In this document: piece after piece, positions 1-8,231 of the stretch
Layout: every line of letters starts with the position of its first letter
Numbering within the stretch: the first letter of the stretch is position 1
Assembly (NCBI RefSeq): GCF_018336915.1
Contig: NZ_CP064923.1
Coordinates: 5,730,001 to 5,762,000, forward strand
DNA length: 32,000 nucleotides
Reading direction: 5' to 3'
DNA from: Acaryochloris marina S15
GTDB taxonomy: Bacteria; Cyanobacteriota; Cyanobacteriia; Thermosynechococcales; Thermosynechococcaceae
Position numbers and translations under genes: made by a program
The notes under the pieces: model-generated
The model's input: the letters and a program-made list of their open reading frames with translations, nothing else
Databases searched by the model: none
What the model was told of the DNA's origin: nothing

Positions 1-282
1 ATTCTAGATGACTTCTGAGACAACAATGCTCGTTTGATGACACAGCATAGATTTCAGACTGTTTTTATCTTTACTTGATAAATAACCTCTAACCAAATTC
101 TGAATAAAAGGTTTTCACCAAGATATGACCCAATAATTTGAGGTAGAGCGTATTGGAATGTATGCAAATTGGCAGTTTTGATATTCCACTACTGTCTTTC
201 TAAAATCAAGTGAAGAGCAATTTGGGTCGACATGTGGATTATCCCTCTCATAGTACTCTTAGAAGAAAGTATGGGTCGTGCA

Positions 283-783
283 TCAAACAATTGTGGGGTA
301 GGTGAGTATGTCATCCCAATGCCAAGCTCGCGAGGCTAGATCAGCACGTTGTGCCGCCGTTGTTTTAAGCCGACTGTGTGTCCAAATCCAATTGAAATAG
401 CTGACCACTAATCGAGCAGTGACTTTGGTTTGCGCCCACACTTTGCCAAATTTGTTCTGGCGTCGATGCCATCGACCACTGTGCTGCCGAATAATGCCAT
501 TGGTGCGTTCGAGTCGTTGAGTTCTGTCCTTGCCAATGTAATGGTCAATCTCCCAAGGCAACACTCTTTCGTACCCCCCCCAATCGTCGCTATTCCAGTC
601 CTTGCAATCGGTCTTACCTTCAGTGCTAGTCACCAGTTCATTCAATAATGAATCGGTGTGCTTGCCCACACGACACGAGAGGATCACGCCGCTTGTGTTT
701 GCCAAGGTAATCGCCATCCAACAATCACCCATCTCTAGCTCATGGGGAAGACAGTGTTTTTGCTTTTTTTCACAAAGGACCAC
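283..783 (-). CDS. insB: IS1-family transposase catalytic part InsB, probably expressed as an InsAB fusion by -1 frameshifting
   Basis: This ORF lies in the -1 frame relative to insA and overlaps it across GTG AAA AAA AGC. Slipping back one base on the A7 run gives ...SFVKK-KQKHCLPHELEMGDCW..., which joins the two frames. The stop codon lies inside the left terminal repeat. Confidence 0.8.
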   Translation of the reverse strand: MVLCEKKQKHCLPHELEMGDCWMAITLANTSGVILSCRVGKHTDSLLNELVTSTEGKTDCKDWNSDDWGGYERVLPWEIDHYIGKDRTQRLERTNGIIRQHSGRWHRRQNKFGKVWAQTKVTARLVVSYFNWIWTHSRLKTTAAQRADLASRAWHWDDILTYPTIV

Positions 784-1112
784 ATTTCATCTGCACTGAC
801 ATCCTCCGTTTCAACGGCTTGCACTTGGCCATTATGGAGTTGCTGAGATCGTTGGCTAGCAGCTCTTACTAGAGAGACTACAGTGTTGTAAGCTAGGCCA
901 CTGGTCCGAGTGATACCTCGAAGACTACTCCCTTCTGCATGGGCTTGGAGGACTTGTCGGACCTGCTCTGGACTCACCTGACGACGATAGTAAAGGGTAT
1001 CAAAGCGTTCAGTAAAGGTCTGCTGGCACTCAGGACAACGGTATCGTTGAAGCATGTTGGGCATCTTGCCATGCTTGTGTGCTTTGGAATGACCGCATAG
1101 TGGGCATTGCAT
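735..1112 (-). CDS. insA: IS1-family transposase N-terminal protein InsA (zinc finger plus HTH)
   Basis: The 125-aa ORF begins MQCPLCG...YRCPECQ, a CxxC...CxxC zinc finger, followed by a helix-turn-helix-like region. It ends just after the A7 slippery run (T7 on the plus strand at 764-770). It is identical in protein sequence to the ORF at 31235-31612. Confidence 0.85.
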   Translation of the reverse strand: MQCPLCGHSKAHKHGKMPNMLQRYRCPECQQTFTERFDTLYYRRQVSPEQVRQVLQAHAEGSSLRGITRTSGLAYNTVVSLVRAASQRSQQLHNGQVQAVETEDVSADEMWSFVKKSKNTVFPMS

Positions 1113-1652
1113 GGGTAGGTTAGAAGCTGAGCTGAGCCTCTAGTATACTCAACCCACAATTACTTGAGGCACGACCAAAGTATGTAACGGAATGTATCAC
1201 CTTAGTCTTAGACGAGGTTATGTCTCAGAGCAATGCTAGGTTCTTCTGTTTATGAAATGCATCGAGAAAACAGGAGCTAAACAATAGTCCAAATTAACTC
1301 AAAATGTCTATGACCATGTTCCAAGAGGTGAAGCTGCTCTGAAGATTTGATGCAAGGGGAGCATGTCACCTTTGTAATCTAGTATTTATAATCATTTTGG
1401 AAGCCTTTGCTAGCCTTGCTTTCAGACATTAGATTTTTGATTCTAAGTTTTATGCATCTGTAAAAGTGACATGCTCTCTACTCGTGAATCGCCAGCTTAA
1501 CTGTGGTTTAGTCAAGGTTTGAGTTCTATCAATCTCTTGCAAGCTCATAGCTGTATTACTCAACCTTGACCAGTCTGTAAAAAATGCTTGGCAGGACTCT
1601 TGATGTTTAGAAGATCACTCAGTCTTTTTGAGATTTAGATGATTGGCAGAAA

Positions 1653-2648
1653 TTATCTCTGAATCTCGGATAGATCTTTTTTATAGATTAAAAAACCAAC
1701 AATGAAAAATATGGTTGATAAAAATGTATGCTCACTCTCTTGAATAATTAATCTAGGTTTGATACCTCCATGCAATGAGAAACGAATGTAGTTAACTAAA
1801 CCTTTGATCTTCAATATCAAAGGCATAGGAAGGTTAGTATATTCTTTATAATAAAGTTGAGCCCCTTTAGGATTCTCAGCACGGAGTTTGGCTGAAAAAG
1901 TGGTAGTTCCATCTGGAGCATTTTCGTAATAGAGGCGTAATACTTCATTTACAAATATTGTTTTATAATTTAGGCTGATTTTATTCCAAACAATAGAGTC
2001 TTCTATGAAGCGTTCTCCAGGGATTTCTGGGAAAGGAAATTGCTGGAGAATGTCTGTTTTTTGGCATCCCCATTTTTCGCCAAAAATGAAGTACTTACTT
2101 TGGAGTTCAATAGAGTTTGAAACTAAAATGTCAGATGGAAATGACTTGCCTACAATTTTTCCATATTGATTGACACAAAGAGCAGTGATACCACAGAAGT
2201 CACTTTTTGCTTCCTCTACAATAGAGTCCCAATGATATTTGAATCTCTCCAAAGCTTCAGGGATGCAGGCATCATCGGAGTCGAAAGCTAAAAATAATTC
2301 TCCCTTTGCTGCTTGTACAGCACGGTTCATAGTTTTGGCTTTTCCTCTATTTTCTTGCCATGTATAGTGAATAGGAAAATCTGATTTTTTTTTCCATTCT
2401 TGAACTAGGTTCTCAGTATGATCTGTGGAGCCATCATCATAGATCAACCATTCGAAGTCTTTGTATGTTTGTGCTTGAAGACTGTCATAAACTCGATGCA
2501 GTAAATTAGCACGATTATATGTCGATGTGAACACTGTGAAAGCATAGCCATAAGGTTTTGGCATGGATACTTGAGTTTCTTTAGGTTTAGACTGCATAGA
2601 AGTTTGTTTGATATAGATGTTTTTATTGAATTTTTGGGTAGAACCCAT
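1653..2648 (-). CDS. Family 2 glycosyltransferase (GT-A fold) in an AT-rich islet
   Basis: Motifs seen are FTVFTSTYNRANLL, YDDGSTDHT and AFDSDD (DxD), and a hydrophobic C-terminal helix TIFFIVGFLIY. The true start is uncertain because internal Met codons occur at residues 18 and 29. The gene is visibly more AT-rich than its neighbours. Confidence 0.8.
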   Translation of the reverse strand: MGSTQKFNKNIYIKQTSMQSKPKETQVSMPKPYGYAFTVFTSTYNRANLLHRVYDSLQAQTYKDFEWLIYDDGSTDHTENLVQEWKKKSDFPIHYTWQENRGKAKTMNRAVQAAKGELFLAFDSDDACIPEALERFKYHWDSIVEEAKSDFCGITALCVNQYGKIVGKSFPSDILVSNSIELQSKYFIFGEKWGCQKTDILQQFPFPEIPGERFIEDSIVWNKISLNYKTIFVNEVLRLYYENAPDGTTTFSAKLRAENPKGAQLYYKEYTNLPMPLILKIKGLVNYIRFSLHGGIKPRLIIQESEHTFLSTIFFIVGFLIYKKDLSEIQR

Positions 2649-3210
2649 TTGAGTTTAGGTATAAAATGGCTAATATATCGTCTAGAGCGAGTAGGAGTAT
2701 GTAATAGATTGAAGGTTGGTTAGCATCATCTCGTTCATCTTTCCTTATCAGTATTAGTCTACTGATACGTTCTCAATGCCTGATACGTGAAGAGGATAAA
2801 GCTATGTAATAGTTATCAATTGCTGGTTGAAGTAAAAGCTATTCTCGAACTACCAGTAAACAAAGTTGTCAGTCTAGAATTGTGCCCACAAAGACATTTA
2901 ATAAATTTTTTACACATATAATAATGATAGATGCATATGATAATAAACGATTTCTATACTTCTTGAGAGCCTCGATTATCGACAAGATCTCTTGCATAAT
3001 TTGTCAAAAGATATGATCAGGACCCAGGCAAGCAAAATTAGCTCATAAAATGAGTCGATTAGCATGTTATGTAAATATTGCAAGAGGCTTATAGGGGTTG
3101 TGCTTCTAATGGCGTATTTATTATGGCACTAGTGCAGCGTCAAGCTAAAAGATTAGGGTAGGTAACAATGGTGGCAGTATTGCAGTCAGACCGAGAAAAC
3201 ACCTATCCCT

Positions 3211-3654
3211 ATGCCGAAAAAATATATTGTCCGACTGAGTGAAGATGAGCAGAACCATCTGCAAGCCGTCATCAAAAAGCTCAAGGGCAGCAGCCAAAAA
3301 GTACGACGTGCTCAAATTCTTTTGAAAGCAAATGCCGACGGGCCAAATTGGACCGATGAACGCACTTCAGATGCTTATTCTTGTCGAGTTAAAACAGTTG
3401 AGAACATTCGTAAACGTCTTGTAGAGAGAGGATGTGAGGAAACCCTTAACGGTGCCCAACGTGTCAGAGCACCTCGCAGTAAGTTACTCGATGGTGAGCA
3501 GGAAGCTCAAGTCATTGCCATGCGATTAGGCAGCCCTCCTAAAGGCTACGGGAATTGGTCATTGCGCTTGCTGGCACGCAAAGTTGTAGAACTAGGTATC
3601 GTAGAATCTGTCAGCCATGAAACGGTTCGTCAGACTCTGAAAAAAACGGGATGA
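3211..3654 (+). CDS. IS630-family transposase, N-terminal HTH part (orfA)
   Basis: The 147-aa ORF has helix-turn-helix-like segments (RRAQILLKANADGPNWTDE, ETVRQTLKK). It ends 8 nt after the A7 run. Confidence 0.8.
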   Translation: MPKKYIVRLSEDEQNHLQAVIKKLKGSSQKVRRAQILLKANADGPNWTDERTSDAYSCRVKTVENIRKRLVERGCEETLNGAQRVRAPRSKLLDGEQEAQVIAMRLGSPPKGYGNWSLRLLARKVVELGIVESVSHETVRQTLKKTG

Positions 3655-4346
3655 CCAACCGCAAGATTGAGTACTGGGTGATTCCGCCTGAAGCAGATGG
3701 AGAGTTCGTTGCTCAGATGGAAGAAGTGCTGGAAGTGTATGCTCAGTCTTATGACCCAAGTTGTCCGGTGATTTGTATGGACGAACAGCCTGTCCAACTC
3801 CACAAAGAAATCAAGTGCCCTATTCCAGCCACCGCTCAACACCCTAAGCGGGTTGATTATGAGTACGAGCGTGCAGGTACCGCCAATATCTTCATGTTTA
3901 GCGAACCTTTAGCGGGGTGGCGACAAGCAACTGTTCGTGAGCGGCGAACAAAAATCGATTGGGCCAGTGAAGTCGCAGTCTTAATGGAAGGACGCTATGC
4001 ACAATGCCCACAAGTCATACTCACCTGTGACAATCTCAACACCCATACCAAAGGGGCTTTCTATGAGGTGTTCGAGCCTGAGCGTGCCCGGCGGTTCGTT
4101 CAACGCATCCACTTTTGCTACACCCCTAAGCATGGCAGTTGGCTGAACGTGGCCGAAAACGAACTGAGTGCAATGACTCGACAGTGTATTGATAGGAGGC
4201 GCTTTGGGACGATTGAAACTCTAAAAGATGAAGTTCAAGCATGGCCGATTGATGTGAACCACTCGCAACGCGGTGTGGATTGGCAAATGAACATTGAAGA
4301 TGCCAGGTGTAAGCTCACTTCTATCTACCCTAAAATTAAATATTGA
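3651..4346 (+). CDS. IS630-family transposase, DDE catalytic part (orfB), probably fused to orfA by -1 frameshifting
   Basis: The ORF is in the -1 frame relative to orfA. A slip on CTG AAA AAA ACG would give ...TLKK-NGMTNRKIEYW.... Candidate catalytic residues lie in CMDEQP, TCDNLNTH and SWLNVAENE. Confidence 0.8.
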   Translation: MTNRKIEYWVIPPEADGEFVAQMEEVLEVYAQSYDPSCPVICMDEQPVQLHKEIKCPIPATAQHPKRVDYEYERAGTANIFMFSEPLAGWRQATVRERRTKIDWASEVAVLMEGRYAQCPQVILTCDNLNTHTKGAFYEVFEPERARRFVQRIHFCYTPKHGSWLNVAENELSAMTRQCIDRRRFGTIETLKDEVQAWPIDVNHSQRGVDWQMNIEDARCKLTSIYPKIKY

Positions 4347-4546
4347 CGATGCACTAGTATGAAAAAGCATGCTGGCTGAAATTGATGTCAAAGGTTTTTG
4401 AGAAATATATCTAGGGATTGTTAGTGGTTGCCTACAAAGTAGATCAGGATTGCGGTCAAAGAATGGGGATTGAGGTATTGAGAAACTTTGCTCTTGAAAG
4501 TATCTAGGCCAAGATCATGATCCTTCTAGTGAAATAAGATGTTGGA

Positions 4547-5581
4547 TTATGACTGAGAGTAAGACGTTTTCACAACAGGGACATGGCCGAATTCTTTGAC
4601 TGTATAGAGGGGGCGTCCTTTAATTTCTTCGTAAATTTGGCCGACATACTCCCCTAAAATGCCGAGACAAATCAGTTGGACAGCCCCGAGAAAAAAGATC
4701 GCCATGGTAATCATGGTGTAGCCAATCAGCTGGCTGGAAGGATTGAAAAATCGCCAGTAGAGGGTTAAGAACATCATAAAGACAGCGAGGGCGGATGCAA
4801 ATAACCCCAGGTATGTGGCTAAGCGTAAGGGCACTTTGGAGAAAGCCATAATGCTGCTGAGGGCCAGGGTGAGGGATTTGCGGAAGGTATATTTGACGTC
4901 TCCAGCAAATCGAGGGGGGCGATGGAGGGTAATGGCAGTTTGCCGGAAGCCCACCCAAGCCCGAAGACCCCGGATATAGCGGTTCCGCTCGGGCATTTTA
5001 TTGAGTAAATCCACGACTTGCCGATCCATGAGGCAAAAGTCACCGGTGTCGGTGGGAATGTGGATATTGGAGAGCTGCTGGAGAAATCGATAAAACAGGT
5101 AGGCGGTACAGCGTTTGATGAGGCCTTCTCGCTGTCGTGAGATTCGCTGAGCGTAAACGACCTGGTAGCCTTGCTGCCATTGTTGAATCAGATCCGGAAC
5201 GACTTCGGGTGGATCTTGGAGGTCGGCATCCATGACGATAATGGCTTGGCCAGCGGCAAACTGTAGACCGGCAGTCAAGGCGATTTGATGGCCGAAGTTG
5301 CGGGCTAAGCTGATATAACGAACGGACGGATCATCTTGGTGCAGTTGGCGTAGTAAAGCGAGGGTGCGATCGCAACTGCCATCATCCACCAAAATCAGTT
5401 CTGAAGGACCATCCAGGGTTGTGATTAAGGCCTGCAAGCGTCGATACAGTTCAGCAATATTGTCTTCTTCGTTGTAAATCGGAATAACGAAAGAATACGT
5501 TACATTACCTGTTTGATCCGAATTGCTTGCAATTGATGAAGGGAGACTGAATGGCGTCAAGGGATTGTTATAACTAAACAA
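4547..5581 (-). CDS. Family 2 glycosyltransferase, polyprenol-phosphate sugar transferase type (DPM1/GtrB/ArnC-like)
   Basis: Motifs seen are [33 protein letters not shown] and two C-terminal transmembrane helices. There is no ATG near the 5' end. The start is probably TTG at 5581 or at 5560. Confidence 0.85.
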   Translation of the reverse strand: MFSYNNPLTPFSLPSSIASNSDQTGNVTYSFVIPIYNEEDNIAELYRRLQALITTLDGPSELILVDDGSCDRTLALLRQLHQDDPSVRYISLARNFGHQIALTAGLQFAAGQAIIVMDADLQDPPEVVPDLIQQWQQGYQVVYAQRISRQREGLIKRCTAYLFYRFLQQLSNIHIPTDTGDFCLMDRQVVDLLNKMPERNRYIRGLRAWVGFRQTAITLHRPPRFAGDVKYTFRKSLTLALSSIMAFSKVPLRLATYLGLFASALAVFMMFLTLYWRFFNPSSQLIGYTMITMAIFFLGAVQLICLGILGEYVGQIYEEIKGRPLYTVKEFGHVPVVKTSYSQS

Positions 5582-5616
5582 AAGAGACTATACCTGCAAA
5601 GCGCACTCGATATTCT

Positions 5617-6279
5617 ATGCCTTTAACCGTGTTGATCGTGGATGATGAACCGGGTATTCGATTAGCGGTCACTGACTATCTGGAAGCAGTGGGATATACC
5701 GTAATTGCAGCCGCAACGGGCAAACAAGCGTGGCAGCTAGTCCAACAGTACCGCCCCCATCTGCTAGTGACTGATATTAGAATGCCACAGATGGATGGCT
5801 ATGAGTTAGTGAAACTGGTGCGGCAACAACCCGCATTTCGATTGCTCCCCGTCATCTATTTAACGGAATGCTTCCAAACTCAAGAGCGGATTCGAGGGTA
5901 TAAATTGGGCTGTGATGCCTTCTTGGCCAAGCCGTTTAACTTGGAAGAATTGGCAGTCGTGATTCGTAGCCTTTTAGACCGAGTGCAAATTGTACAAACG
6001 GAGATCCAGGCGGTTTCTCAGGCTACTCCCAGCCGTGATTCGGTGGATACTGCGTTTGTTAATGCTCTAAATCTGACCCAGCGAGAACAGCAAGTTTTGC
6101 TATTGCTGACGGAGGGGCTATCCAATGCCCAAATTGGCGAACAACTCCATCTCAGCCCTCGCACTGTGGAAAAGTATGTCAGTAAACTGCTGCAAAAAAC
6201 AGAAACGAGTAACCGAGCAGAGATCGTGCGGTTTGCGATGGAACATCATTTGCTAGGAGCCATCGACGACGATCACTAA
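5617..6279 (+). CDS. Response regulator, NarL/LuxR family (REC plus LuxR-type HTH)
   Basis: The receiver domain shows VLIVDDEPGIR, a phospho-acceptor context LLVTDIRMPQMDG, and KPF. The C-terminal segment LTQREQQVLLLLTEGLSNAQIGEQLHLSPRTVEKYVSKLLQK is a LuxR-type HTH. No histidine kinase gene lies in the window. Confidence 0.9.
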   Translation: MPLTVLIVDDEPGIRLAVTDYLEAVGYTVIAAATGKQAWQLVQQYRPHLLVTDIRMPQMDGYELVKLVRQQPAFRLLPVIYLTECFQTQERIRGYKLGCDAFLAKPFNLEELAVVIRSLLDRVQIVQTEIQAVSQATPSRDSVDTAFVNALNLTQREQQVLLLLTEGLSNAQIGEQLHLSPRTVEKYVSKLLQKTETSNRAEIVRFAMEHHLLGAIDDDH

Positions 6280-6749
6280 CCGGTCTTTTGCAGATTCTCT
6301 AATAAACCACTGCAGGCATCTACCAGTAGATCAATTACATAATCAAATCCTGAAGCTCCCCCGTAATAGGGATCGGGTACTTCTTTATCGGCAAAGTTAG
6401 TACAAAAATCACACATCATGTGGATTTTGCTGGCATATTGCTCGTCTGGATTCATCTCCATCAAATCGCGATAATTTTGGCGATCCATAGCCAGAATGAT
6501 GTCAAAGTCGGCAAAATCTTCGAGCTGTACTTGCCGACTGTTGCCGGTCAGCACAATGTTTTGCCGCAAGCCAGCCGCTGCCATTCTCCGGTCTGGGGAA
6601 GCACCAATATGATAGCTACTGGTACCCGCCGAGTCACATTGATAGGCATGGGTGAGCTGTTCTTGTTGCAGCAGGTGATTCATAATCCCTTCTGCGGAAG
6701 GTGAACGGCAAATATTGCCTAGGCACACAAATAATAGCTTTTGGGGCAT
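6276..6749 (-). CDS. Low-molecular-weight protein tyrosine phosphatase
   Basis: The N-terminal P-loop is LFVCLGNICRSPSAEG, matching C-X5-R-S/T. The C-terminal acid loop is VPDPYYGG. The length of 157 aa is typical of the family. Confidence 0.9.
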   Translation of the reverse strand: MPQKLLFVCLGNICRSPSAEGIMNHLLQQEQLTHAYQCDSAGTSSYHIGASPDRRMAAAGLRQNIVLTGNSRQVQLEDFADFDIILAMDRQNYRDLMEMNPDEQYASKIHMMCDFCTNFADKEVPDPYYGGASGFDYVIDLLVDACSGLLENLQKTG

Positions 6750-6773
6750 TGGGGTTGGGGTGCGGATGGTGGG

Positions 6774-8225
6774 TTAGAACAGCGTTGGCGTAAAACTGCC
6801 ATGTAAACCGTAGGGGATATGGTGCTTTAAGTGCAAGCGGGCAATGGGTCCCTGCTTCACCTGCTCAGCATCTAGAATCACCACATCGGATCGATCCTGA
6901 ACACCATCGTAGACGAGGGCCACTAACCAGCCTTGATCTTCTTGAGTGGCGTTGGGTTTGGGGATAAATACGGGTTCACCCATAAAGCCTTGGGGGGCCG
7001 CACTCCAGACTTGTTCGTCTCCCGTTTTGACGTCCTGTTTGAGAATGGCTTGCAGGGGAGCATTGCCAGTGCTGGCATCGGTAGCGCCAATATAAACATA
7101 ACGATAGTCATGGCCTGCATTAGCTGGGTTCAGGGTGGGAAACTCGCAGCTCCGTTTGATTAACGGTGTTTTCTCGACGGTGGCGGTCTCAGGGTTCATC
7201 TGGAATCGCCAGAGGGTACCGGGAGGAACCGAGTCAAAATCAATATTGCGGAAATCAATCCCCGATTCTAAGCCAGGAAAAGTGTCGTAGCATATGGAGT
7301 CCACAATCACCTGACCATCTGCCTCATAGGCGTTGGCATGATGGAAGACAAAGCAGGCATCCGTTTCTAGCTGTTGGGGTGTGTTGTCACCGCGTCGCAC
7401 CAGCCAGATTTTGGTAGGCTTGCCAGGCTTAAAGGAGATACATTCTCCCGCTCCCTTGAACCCAAACAGAAAGGGAATGGGGTTCAGGATGACGGGATTT
7501 TGGAAAAAGATGTAGTAGTTGGGAGTGACCGCAAAATCATGGATAAATGCGAACCCCGGGATGGAAAATTGTTGCTGATGAACCACCTCACCGGCTGGGT
7601 CAAATTCGAAAAGCTTGACGGTACTAGATAAGCCCGGTTTAACCGCAAAGTTAACGAGTCGATCGCCATCGGCATGGGGCAAAATTCGGGGATGAGCAGA
7701 AAATGGATCCCCCGGATTGAGGAGACCGGAAAAATCTTCTAGTCCCAAGGTATCTAGGGTCGCTGGGTCGAGACGATAGGGCTGATCGGCTTCCCAAAGG
7801 GCTAGAAGCTTGCCTGCCCAATAGATGATGTGAGTGTTGGCAATATTCTTGAAGTTGATATCAAAGGCATTAGCGAAGAGACCGCCGGGCTTGGGGGTGC
7901 CAAAGACGCCACGATAGAGAATCTTGCCCGCTTCTTGTTCCGCCAGATAGCCTTCCGTGCGGACGAAGCGGTTGCGGAAATGAGCTTTGCCTTGGTCAAA
8001 CTGAATTGAACAAATCATCCCGTCTCCATCAAAGGGGTGCTGGAGTGGGGTGCCGTTGACATCCAATAGTCCCGGACCGTTGCGAAATAGGGTGCCCCTT
8101 AAATCGGCAGGAATTTCACCGTCTATGTCTGCGATCGCATAGTCGTATTCCTCTTTGAGAGATTGGTGACCTCCCTGCCAGTTATGGTCGAGGTAGGTGT
8201 TGCGGGTGGAGGCAGAAACGGTCAT
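6774..8225 (-). CDS. Carotenoid cleavage oxygenase, apocarotenoid-15,15'-oxygenase type (RPE65/CCO family)
   Basis: Family motifs include RNGPGLL, HPFDGDGMI and FVRT. The four iron-ligand histidine contexts are FSAHPR, FIHDFAVT, FHHANAYE and YGLHGSF. The N-terminal half closely resembles Synechocystis ACO as I remember it. Confidence 0.85.
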   Translation of the reverse strand: MTVSASTRNTYLDHNWQGGHQSLKEEYDYAIADIDGEIPADLRGTLFRNGPGLLDVNGTPLQHPFDGDGMICSIQFDQGKAHFRNRFVRTEGYLAEQEAGKILYRGVFGTPKPGGLFANAFDINFKNIANTHIIYWAGKLLALWEADQPYRLDPATLDTLGLEDFSGLLNPGDPFSAHPRILPHADGDRLVNFAVKPGLSSTVKLFEFDPAGEVVHQQQFSIPGFAFIHDFAVTPNYYIFFQNPVILNPIPFLFGFKGAGECISFKPGKPTKIWLVRRGDNTPQQLETDACFVFHHANAYEADGQVIVDSICYDTFPGLESGIDFRNIDFDSVPPGTLWRFQMNPETATVEKTPLIKRSCEFPTLNPANAGHDYRYVYIGATDASTGNAPLQAILKQDVKTGDEQVWSAAPQGFMGEPVFIPKPNATQEDQGWLVALVYDGVQDRSDVVILDAEQVKQGPIARLHLKHHIPYGLHGSFTPTLF

Positions 8226-8231
8226 AGGGAT

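Larger units (their letters stand above)
274..1176 (-). mobile_element. IS1-family insertion sequence, complete copy A (903 bp)
   Basis: The terminal inverted repeats are GGTCGTGCATCAAACAATTGTGG (274-296) and GGTCGTGCCTCAAGTAATTGTGG (reverse complement of 1154-1176), matching at 20 of 23 positions. An 8-bp direct repeat AAAGTATG lies at 266-273 and 1177-1184, which fits an IS1-type target-site duplication. Inside are overlapping insA and insB frames joined by an A7 run. Confidence 0.9.
3132..4354 (+). mobile_element. IS630-family insertion sequence (about 1.22 kb)
   Basis: The terminal repeats are GTGCAGCGTCAA (3132-3143) and GTGCATCGTCAA (reverse complement of 4343-4354), matching at 11 of 12 positions. 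Each end is flanked by TA within C-TA...TA-G (3129-3131 and 4355-4357). That is the CTAG target with TA duplication known for IS630. Two overlapping transposase ORFs are joined by an A7 run at 3640-3646. Confidence 0.85.

Noticed and set aside
100-120. A shared 12-mer TGAATAAAAGGT at about 104-115 and about 19651-19662
   Set aside because: Dozens of 12-mer coincidences are expected by chance in 32 kb of partly AT-rich sequence, and the match does not extend.
974-1159. 61-aa ORFs overlapping insA in another frame in both IS1 copies (also 31188-31373), and 65- and 72-aa ORFs antisense to insB
   Set aside because: They are conserved only because the IS copies are near-identical. IS1 biology is fully explained by insA and insB.
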